DNA of 64,000 nt, taken from NCBI GenBank assembly GCA_035285865.1, contig JAYKHS010000007.1, positions 1 to 64,000 of the forward strand, in the 5' to 3' direction. The notes below the pieces were generated by a model. It was not told the origin of the DNA. It saw only the letters and a program-made list of their open reading frames with translations, and made no database searches. Below are positions 57,491 to 64,000 of the stretch, piece by piece (within the stretch, counting starts at the first letter, position 1; each line of letters opens with the position of its first letter). The stretch is from Candidatus Sericytochromatia bacterium. GTDB lineage: Bacteria > Cyanobacteriota > Sericytochromatia > S15B-MN24 > VGJW01. Position numbers and translations under genes: made by a program.

Positions 57491-58300
57491 CTACCGCCGC
57501 TTCCGCACGGGGTCCCCGTACAGGAAGCGCATGGCGGCAGGCAAACGGCGGCGCCAGGACCGCTCGTCGTGGCTGCCGGTGCGAACTGGATGCCACGTCA
57601 GATCCCGGCCTTCGACAAACCCCTTGCGCCGCAACAGCTGGGCCATCCATTCGGCGTGTTGCAACGGATAGCCGCCGGCCTCGCGTCCACCGCAATCCAG
57701 CCAGATGCGCGGCTGCCCCCAGGCGGGTGCCTTGGCCACGAAGGGGAAGGCTTCACCGTCCGCGACCCAGAGCGAGGGCGACATGCACAGGAGGCGCGCG
57801 AACCGGTCGTTGTGGCGAAAAAAGGTCACGAGCGCCGCGAGTCCCCCCATCGAGGATCCTCCGATGAGCCAGTCCTCCCGGTCCTGGGAGACCTGCAGGT
57901 TTTGCCTCGCCCACGTCGCGAGATCCGCGGCGATCCAGTCCGCAAGCACCAGCCCGTGCGCCGGCTCTTCCGGCTCGACCGGCCACGGCGCCAGTTCCTG
58001 CACGCGCGAGGCCCCGCCGTGATGCAGCGCGAGCACCACCGGCACCACCAGGCCGCGTTGCGCGCGGCGATCGAGGACGCGGTGCAGGTGCCATCCCCCC
58101 GCAAAGGTGCCGTGGTCCTCGAAGAGATTCTGACCGTCGAAGAGGATGGCGAGCGGCCACTGCCGGTCGACTCGCCCGTATCCGGGTGGCGTGTAGAGCG
58201 TCGCGGGCAGTTCGGCCGGCAGACCCGGAATGCGGAACCGCGGCCCGGGCCGAAGGGTGCCGGGCGGGGCCGGCGATCGCAGCTTGCGGGGGGGCGTCAT
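57491..58300 (-). CDS. Alpha/beta-hydrolase, putative esterase family
   Basis: LYTPPGY, FDGQNLF, GGSSMGG nucleophile elbow, DCGGRE and HDERSW. Confidence 0.88.
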   Translation of the reverse strand: MTPPRKLRSPAPPGTLRPGPRFRIPGLPAELPATLYTPPGYGRVDRQWPLAILFDGQNLFEDHGTFAGGWHLHRVLDRRAQRGLVVPVVLALHHGGASRVQELAPWPVEPEEPAHGLVLADWIAADLATWARQNLQVSQDREDWLIGGSSMGGLAALVTFFRHNDRFARLLCMSPSLWVADGEAFPFVAKAPAWGQPRIWLDCGGREAGGYPLQHAEWMAQLLRRKGFVEGRDLTWHPVRTGSHDERSWRRRLPAAMRFLYGDPVRKRR

Positions 58301-58325
58301 GGGGGTTTCACGCTACCATGGGCAG

Positions 58326-59639
58326 GTGAGCGGGGCCAAAATGGGCGCGGACGGCTGGGAAGTCGCCGTGGTGGGCGGCGGGGCGGCAGGCATGCTGGCC
58401 GCCCTCGAGTCGGCGCGCGCCGGTGCACGCACCATCCTGCTCGAGAAGACGAGTCGGCTTGGCACCAAACTGCGCATCTCCGGCGGGGGCCGCTGCAACA
58501 TCACCAATGCCTTGGACGACCTGAAGGCATGGGAGCGGATGTTTCCGGGAAACGGGGCCTTCCTGCGTCATGCCCTGCGTGCTTATCCCCCGGCAGCGTT
58601 CCTTGACCTGATGCACGAGGAAGGAGTTCCGACCCATGTCGAGCCCCCCTACGGCAAGGTCTTCCCGGCCAGTGGCAAGTCCGGCGACATCCTCGATGCC
58701 CTGATGCGGGCCATGCGCCGGGCGGGCGTCACGATCCGGACGGATGCCCCCGTGCGGGACGTCCTGACAGGAGAGGACGGCGCGGTTTGCGGCCTGCTGC
58801 TGGACGGCGGTCGCCAACTGGCTGCGGGTGCCGTCATCTGGTGCACCGGCGGGCGTTCCTTCCCGAAGTCGGGAAGCACGGGGGACGGCTATCCGGTGCT
58901 GCGCAGGCTAGGCCACACCATCGCACCGACGTACCCGTCGCTCGTCCCGTTGCGGGTCTCGGGCACGACCGAACATGCGGGTGTGGCGCTGCGTGGCATC
59001 CGCGGGAGGGCTCGGGTCCCCGGGCAGGGTGAGCCCATGCCGTGGGAGGGTGACGTGCTCTGGACACACTTCGGGCTCTCCGGGCCGATCGTCCTGCAGT
59101 TGAGCCGAGCACTCGCCGAAGGCTGGGTGCGGGGCACCGCCGGCCGGCTGGAGCTCGACCTCGTCCCGGACCGCTCGGCCGAGCAGCTTGACCAGAGCTT
59201 TCGGCAGCTGGTGACGTCGGCCGGTGGGAGGACGGCCCGAAGCCTCGTGCCGGACCTGGTGCCCCGGGCGCTCGTACCCGAGGTGCTGGCATCGGCCGAA
59301 GTCCCCGCCGAACGGCGTCTCGCGGAGATGACGCGTGCAGAGCGGCAGCGCCTGGTCTCGACCTTCAAGGGGTGGGCCTTCGCACCTTCGGGCTGGCACT
59401 CCTTCGAGGCGGCGGAAGTCACGGCCGGTGGCGTGGTGGTCGCGGAAGTGAATCCGCGCACGATGGCCTCGCGCAAGGTGAATGGCCTCTACCTCGCGGG
59501 CGAGGTGCTGGACGTGGACGGCTTCGTGGGGGGCTACAACCTGCAGGCCGCGTGGTCGACGGGTGCGGCTGCAGGCAGGGCCGCGGCCGCCCGAGCCGTC
59601 ACGTGCCGATCCGCGTCCCCGTCTGCTACGATCCGCTGA
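58326..59639 (+). CDS. HI0933/YhiN/BaiN-family flavoprotein (NAD(P)/FAD oxidoreductase)
   Basis: GGGAAG, SGGGRCNITN, GSTGDGY, THFGLSGP, TAGGV and GGYNLQAAWSTG. GTG 58326 lies 6 nt after TACCAT; ATG 58341 is an alternative start. Confidence 0.92.
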   Translation: MSGAKMGADGWEVAVVGGGAAGMLAALESARAGARTILLEKTSRLGTKLRISGGGRCNITNALDDLKAWERMFPGNGAFLRHALRAYPPAAFLDLMHEEGVPTHVEPPYGKVFPASGKSGDILDALMRAMRRAGVTIRTDAPVRDVLTGEDGAVCGLLLDGGRQLAAGAVIWCTGGRSFPKSGSTGDGYPVLRRLGHTIAPTYPSLVPLRVSGTTEHAGVALRGIRGRARVPGQGEPMPWEGDVLWTHFGLSGPIVLQLSRALAEGWVRGTAGRLELDLVPDRSAEQLDQSFRQLVTSAGGRTARSLVPDLVPRALVPEVLASAEVPAERRLAEMTRAERQRLVSTFKGWAFAPSGWHSFEAAEVTAGGVVVAEVNPRTMASRKVNGLYLAGEVLDVDGFVGGYNLQAAWSTGAAAGRAAAARAVTCRSASPSATIR

Positions 59640-59656
59640 CCTTTTCCGGAGACACC

Positions 59657-61159
59657 ATGCGCCATCCCCGCTCCAGCGGCCTGCTGCTGCACCCCACCTC
59701 ACTGCCCGGTCCGTTCGGGATCGGCGACATCGGTCCCATGGCGCACAGCTTCGTCGACTTCCTCGCCATGGCCGGGCAGTCGCTCTGGCAAGTCCTGCCC
59801 CTGGGGCCGACCAGCTTCGGGGACTCGCCCTACCAGTGCCTGTCCTCGTTTGCCGGCAACCCCAACCTGATCTCGCCCGAGGCACTTGCCGAAGCCGGTC
59901 TCGTGACGGCCGAGGAGTTGGCGGCCTATCCGCGATTCGATGACGGCCGCATCCGCTTCGGCCCGGCCATCGAGGCCAAGCAGGCACTCCTGCGCGAGGT
60001 CCATCGCCACTGGGAAGGGCGGGCGAGCCAGACGCTCAAGGACCGCTTCTCCCGCTTCGTGCGGGGGCACGCACAGGCCGGCTGGCTCGAGGATTTCGCC
60101 CTCTTCATGGCCCTCAAGGCCGCCCATCAGGGCGCTCCGTGGCCGCAATGGCCGGCTGCCATCCGGGACCGAGATGCGGGAGCCCTCGACGACGCACGGC
60201 GCCGCCTCGCCCACGACATCGGTTATCACCTGCTCTGCCAGTTCCTCTTCCGCGAGCAGTGGGATGCCCTGCGCCAGCGCGCGGCCCTGGATGGTATCAA
60301 GCTGGTCGGGGACATCCCCATCTTCGTCGCCTACGACTCGGCTGATGTCTGGCGCGACCGCTCCCTTTTCCAACTGGATGATCAGGGCCGTCCGAAGGCC
60401 GTGGCCGGCGTCCCGCCGGACTACTTCAGCCGGACCGGCCAGCTCTGGGGCAATCCCCTGTACGACTGGCAGGCGGTGGCGGATGACGACTACCAGTGGT
60501 GGGCCCGCAGGCTGGGTCATGCCCTCTCGCTCTGCGACATCCTGCGCCTCGACCATTTCCGAGGCTTCGAGGCCTACTGGGCCGTCCCGGCCGGTGCCCC
60601 GACGGCCGAGAGCGGAGCCTGGGAACCCGGTCCCGGGCAGGCGTTCCTCGATGCGATGCGGCGTCATCTGGGCCACCTGCCCCTGATCGCCGAGGATCTG
60701 GGCGTGATCACCCCTCCCGTTGCCGCGCTCCGCGACGACAACGAACTGCCGGGGATGCGCATCCTGCAGTTCGCCTGGGATGGCAAGGCGACCAACGACT
60801 TCCTGCCGCACCGCCACGACCCGCGCAGTGTCGTCTACACCGGCACGCACGACAACGCCACCACGCGCGGCTGGTGGCAGGGTGCGTCCAAGGAGGAGCG
60901 GGCGCGGGTGGCGGCCTACCTCGGCAAGCCTGTCGACGATCCCGCCTGGGCGCTGATTGAACTGGGCATGCGTTCGCCGGCGGACCAGGTCATCATCCCG
61001 CTGCAGGATCTCCTCTCGCTCGGGGACGAGGGGCGCATGAACCTGCCGGGCGCAGCCGAGGGCAACTGGGGTTGGCGCCTCGGGCAGCCCGGACTCTCCG
61101 AGGCCATCGCCCGGAGGCTCGGCGACCTCACGAGAACCTACGGACGCTGGCCTGCCTAA
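59657..61159 (+). CDS. malQ: 4-alpha-glucanotransferase (amylomaltase, GH77)
   Basis: GLLLHPTSLPG, WQVLPLGP, GVPPDYFSRTGQLWGNP, RLDHFRG, AEDLG and YTGTHDN. Confidence 0.96.
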   Translation: MRHPRSSGLLLHPTSLPGPFGIGDIGPMAHSFVDFLAMAGQSLWQVLPLGPTSFGDSPYQCLSSFAGNPNLISPEALAEAGLVTAEELAAYPRFDDGRIRFGPAIEAKQALLREVHRHWEGRASQTLKDRFSRFVRGHAQAGWLEDFALFMALKAAHQGAPWPQWPAAIRDRDAGALDDARRRLAHDIGYHLLCQFLFREQWDALRQRAALDGIKLVGDIPIFVAYDSADVWRDRSLFQLDDQGRPKAVAGVPPDYFSRTGQLWGNPLYDWQAVADDDYQWWARRLGHALSLCDILRLDHFRGFEAYWAVPAGAPTAESGAWEPGPGQAFLDAMRRHLGHLPLIAEDLGVITPPVAALRDDNELPGMRILQFAWDGKATNDFLPHRHDPRSVVYTGTHDNATTRGWWQGASKEERARVAAYLGKPVDDPAWALIELGMRSPADQVIIPLQDLLSLGDEGRMNLPGAAEGNWGWRLGQPGLSEAIARRLGDLTRTYGRWPA

Positions 61160-61195
61160 GGTCCTCAAGGCCCCGTGACGTGCTAGATTGAAGCC

Positions 61196-62167
61196 ATGAA
61201 CTTTCTTGACCAGCTCAAGAATCTTGCCAACAAGGGCAAGGACGAGCCGAAGCCTGCCGCCGAGGAAGGCGGTCTGCCTGCTGCGCGCCCGCGGAAGCGG
61301 CGCAAGCAGAACCTGAACCCGCTCGATCCCAAGAACCTGCCGGCCCTGATTCCGGTTGCCATCGCGGCCATCGGCGGGCTGGTGTTCGTCATCTATCTGG
61401 CGATCCAGAACATCTTCTTCGCGCCGCCTCCCATCCCGACGGATACCCCTCCCCCGCTCCAGACGCCGCCCCCGGCTACCGACAGCGTGCCGGCCGGATC
61501 CGCGACGGGCACCTTGCCGGTGGCGATGGATGCTTCTGCCGCGATGGACCCTGCGAACCCGGTCACGAGCGTGGCGACCTACTATCCGCCACCCCGGCCC
61601 ATCAGTCTGCCGCAGGCCGGAGCTACCGGCCAAGCCGCCCAACCCGCGGCCAATCCCGCGATGATGCCGGCCTCCAGCGGCAACCAGATACCCCGTCTTG
61701 ACGTCCTCTACGTGCCCGAGCAGCCCAATGCTCCGGTGCACCTGGCCAGCACGGCAGAGGAACTCGGGCAAACCGACCTGATCTTCTGGCAGATGATTCC
61801 GGTCCGGGACATCCGCGTCAGGGTCCACCAGCGCCAGCGCTTGTCGACCACCGGCGAGGCCGTGGTCCTGATCGAGTTCGAGGATGACCCCGCGGCCATG
61901 GCCGGGCGCGTCACCCGCAAGAAACCCGACAACACGGTGGAGACCTACATCCTTGCATCGCGGGACACGGCGTGGGTACCCGAATCGACGACCCTTCGCG
62001 GGGCACAGTACCTGAATCTGGTGTCCCCCGTGACGGCTGCCCGCGCCGGTGCCGTGCTGGCCGGATGGGAGGATCTGATCAGGCGAGCAGTCGAAGCGGC
62101 CGCGCTCACGGCCTCGGGGTCCGGAGCCGCCCAGCCTGCTGCCGGGGCGCTGCCGCAGCGCCCCTGA
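61196..62167 (+). CDS. Hypothetical bitopic membrane protein with a Pro/Ala-rich linker
   Basis: Basic N-terminus, one TM helix, Pro-rich linker and a globular C-terminus. TGC-TAGATT lies 6 nt before the ATG. Confidence 0.7.
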   Translation: MNFLDQLKNLANKGKDEPKPAAEEGGLPAARPRKRRKQNLNPLDPKNLPALIPVAIAAIGGLVFVIYLAIQNIFFAPPPIPTDTPPPLQTPPPATDSVPAGSATGTLPVAMDASAAMDPANPVTSVATYYPPPRPISLPQAGATGQAAQPAANPAMMPASSGNQIPRLDVLYVPEQPNAPVHLASTAEELGQTDLIFWQMIPVRDIRVRVHQRQRLSTTGEAVVLIEFEDDPAAMAGRVTRKKPDNTVETYILASRDTAWVPESTTLRGAQYLNLVSPVTAARAGAVLAGWEDLIRRAVEAAALTASGSGAAQPAAGALPQRP

Positions 62168-62176
62168 GGCCCGCTA

Positions 62177-62217
62177 GCCAAAGAGCCCGTGCGCCAGCTG
62201 GCGGCGGGCTCTTTGGC
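62177..62217 (+). terminator. Hairpin terminator
   Basis: 13-bp stem GCCAAAGAGCCCG / CGGGCTCTTTGGC with an inner CGCCAGCTGGCG stem. Confidence 0.65.
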
Positions 62218-62294
62218 ATGGGGGAGAGAGCGATGGCCTGCGCGACTCCCGGAGGCTTCACCAAGTCTTCCCCGCGCCCGCCCTGTACGAAATC

Positions 62295-62347
62295 TTGACA
62301 GCTCGTGCACGGCCTAGTACGGTTGTCCTATTAGGACGCTCGTACCA
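62295..62347 (+). promoter_or_regulatory. Sigma70 promoter overlapped by a probable TetR operator
   Basis: TTGACA (62295-62300), 17-nt spacer, TACGGT (62318-62323). Inverted repeat GTACggttGTCCTA-T-TAGGACgctcGTAC (62317-62345). Confidence 0.65.
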
Positions 62348-63010
62348 ATGGCTCGCATGTCTGCTCCCCCGTCCGCGACACCTTCGGCGATTGTCGCGGC
62401 GGCTGCGGAGTTGTTCCGCAAGCACGGGTATGCAGGGACCTCCATCCAGCAGGTTTCGGCTGCCGTGGGACTGTCCAAGGGCAACCTGACCTACCACTTC
62501 CCCAGCAAGCGCGAGCTTTTCGATGCGGTCCAGCACGAGGCCCTGCGCTACGTTGAAGAGCGGGTCATGGACCGGTCCTTTGCCGAAGGCCCGGATACCC
62601 TGTCCGGCCTCGAGGCGTTCGCGCGCCGCCTGCGCCGCCTGTTCGTGGACGAGCAGGACGTCTTCGTGGGGTGCCTCTTCACGAATGTGGCGATGGAGAC
62701 GCGACACGCGGATCGCGCCGTGGCCGACATGGCCCGCCATCCGCTGGTGGTCCTGCGCGAGCGCGTGGCCCATCATCTGGCCCGCGGTCAGGCGCTGGGC
62801 GAGGTGCGCACCGATCTTCCGCCCGAGACGCTTGCCCGGATGTTCTTCTGGCTGTACGAGGGGGCCCTGACGATGGCCCGGGCTCTCGAGGACAGCGCCG
62901 AATACGACCTCTTCCGCAGTTCGCTGCGGCAGTGGTTCGCCCCTGGTGCCGCCCGTCCGGATGGGGCGGCCAAGGTTCCAACCCACACGATGCCTTCAGG
63001 AGGCCAGTGA
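62348..63010 (+). CDS. TetR/AcrR-family transcriptional regulator
   Basis: [34 protein letters not shown] (HTH). GCLFTN in the C-terminal domain. Confidence 0.93.
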   Translation: MARMSAPPSATPSAIVAAAAELFRKHGYAGTSIQQVSAAVGLSKGNLTYHFPSKRELFDAVQHEALRYVEERVMDRSFAEGPDTLSGLEAFARRLRRLFVDEQDVFVGCLFTNVAMETRHADRAVADMARHPLVVLRERVAHHLARGQALGEVRTDLPPETLARMFFWLYEGALTMARALEDSAEYDLFRSSLRQWFAPGAARPDGAAKVPTHTMPSGGQ

Positions 63011-63015
63011 CGATC

Positions 63016-64000
63016 ATGGAAGCAGCAATCTGGGGGGGGATGGCCGTACTGGCCATCGGCCTCCTCTATGCCAGACAGGGATACTGGGCGTGGGTCGTGC
63101 CGGGCGCGGCCGGCCTGACGTGGTGGTGGCAGCAGGGTGGCGTGGAGACCACCGGCTTCCAGGCTGCGGCCGGGCTCTGGGCGTCGGCGGCCGTGCTCTT
63201 CGGCGTCGCGCCGCTGCGTCGGGCCCTGTTGTCGGGCGGCATCATGAAGTTCGTGACGACCATCCTGCCCAGGATGGGCGAGACCGAGCGCATCGCACTC
63301 GAGGCCGGAACCGTCTGGTGGGATGGGCAGATCTTCTCGGGCAACCCCGACTGGAGCAAGCTCCTGAACTTCCGGGTCCAGCCCCTGTCCGCCGAGGAAC
63401 AAGCCTTCATGGACGGACCCGTCGAGAAGGTCTGCTCGATGATCCACGACTTCAATGCCGAGCAGGCGGGTGACCTGCCCAAGGAAGTCTGGGACTATCT
63501 CAAGCGCGAGAAGTTCCTCGGGATGATCATCCCCAAGGCCTACGGCGGACTTGAGTTCTCGGCCGCCGCGCAGTCGGCGGTGATCGTCAAGCTGGGCAGC
63601 CGCAACGGCACGGCCGCCGTAAGCGTGATGGTGCCCAACTCGCTTGGCCCTGCGGAGCTGCTGCTGCACTACGGCACGGAAGACCAGAAGAACTACTATC
63701 TGCCCCGCCTCGCCATCGGCGAAGAAGTCCCGTGCTTTGCCCTGACAGGTCCCGAGGCCGGCTCGGACGCGGGTGGCACCCAGTCCACGGGCGTCGTCTG
63801 CCGCGGGATGTGGGAAGGCAAGGAAGTCCTTGGCATGAAGCTGAACTGGCGCAAGCGCTACATCACGCTGGCCCCGGTGGCCACCGTGCTGGGCCTCGCC
63901 TTCAAGCTGCTCGATCCGGATCACCTGATCGGCGACAAGGACGATCTGGGCATCACCTGCGCCCTGGTTCCGGCGGACCTGCCCGGCATCGAGATCGGCG
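63016..64000 (+). CDS. fadE: Acyl-CoA dehydrogenase, E. coli FadE type; runs off the window edge
   Basis: Manual translation: TM N-terminus, [51 protein letters not shown] and [15 protein letters not shown]. Confidence 0.9.
   Translation, partial: MEAAIWGGMAVLAIGLLYARQGYWAWVVPGAAGLTWWWQQGGVETTGFQAAAGLWASAAVLFGVAPLRRALLSGGIMKFVTTILPRMGETERIALEAGTVWWDGQIFSGNPDWSKLLNFRVQPLSAEEQAFMDGPVEKVCSMIHDFNAEQAGDLPKEVWDYLKREKFLGMIIPKAYGGLEFSAAAQSAVIVKLGSRNGTAAVSVMVPNSLGPAELLLHYGTEDQKNYYLPRLAIGEEVPCFALTGPEAGSDAGGTQSTGVVCRGMWEGKEVLGMKLNWRKRYITLAPVATVLGLAFKLLDPDHLIGDKDDLGITCALVPADLPGIEIG

Overview
High-GC (roughly 68-70% by eye) bacterial chromosome segment that is densely coding, with about 59 CDS. Many genes are translationally coupled by ATGA/GTGA/TTGA overlaps. 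I saw no rRNA, tRNA, CRISPR array, IS or prophage. Most of the window is housekeeping: cinA (partial), upp, pgsA, rimO, typA, coaD, PBP1A, purine nucleoside phosphorylase, hisC, FKBP, ctaA, tgt, holB, ricT/PSP1, murI, malQ and fadE (partial). The mix of cyanobacterial/Terrabacteria-type genes (coaD next to a cdv3-like gene, btpA, yqeG, DUF445, an SLH outer-membrane protein) with no photosynthesis genes and a heme A synthase suggests a non-photosynthetic cyanobacterial relative such as Sericytochromatia; this is inference only. The most interesting element is an uncharacterised ~10 kb biosynthetic-looking locus (about 32.0-42.5 kb). It holds a UbiA-like prenyltransferase, a rifampin-phosphotransferase-like PEP-utilizer dikinase, a GNAT-like protein, an OleC-like AMP ligase and an SRPBCC protein. 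A divergent BtaA/DUF3419 gene follows, flanked by a DAG-kinase-family gene, an MFS transporter and a thioesterase. Other notable items: several cyclic-nucleotide signalling proteins, a split MgtE-N + NRAMP Mg2+ system, a small lipoprotein missed by the ORF track, recurring -10 boxes that imply leaderless mRNAs, a TetR operator, and an unexplained AT-rich patch inside one gene. Start codons are my best estimates and family calls come from motif recognition, not database searches.
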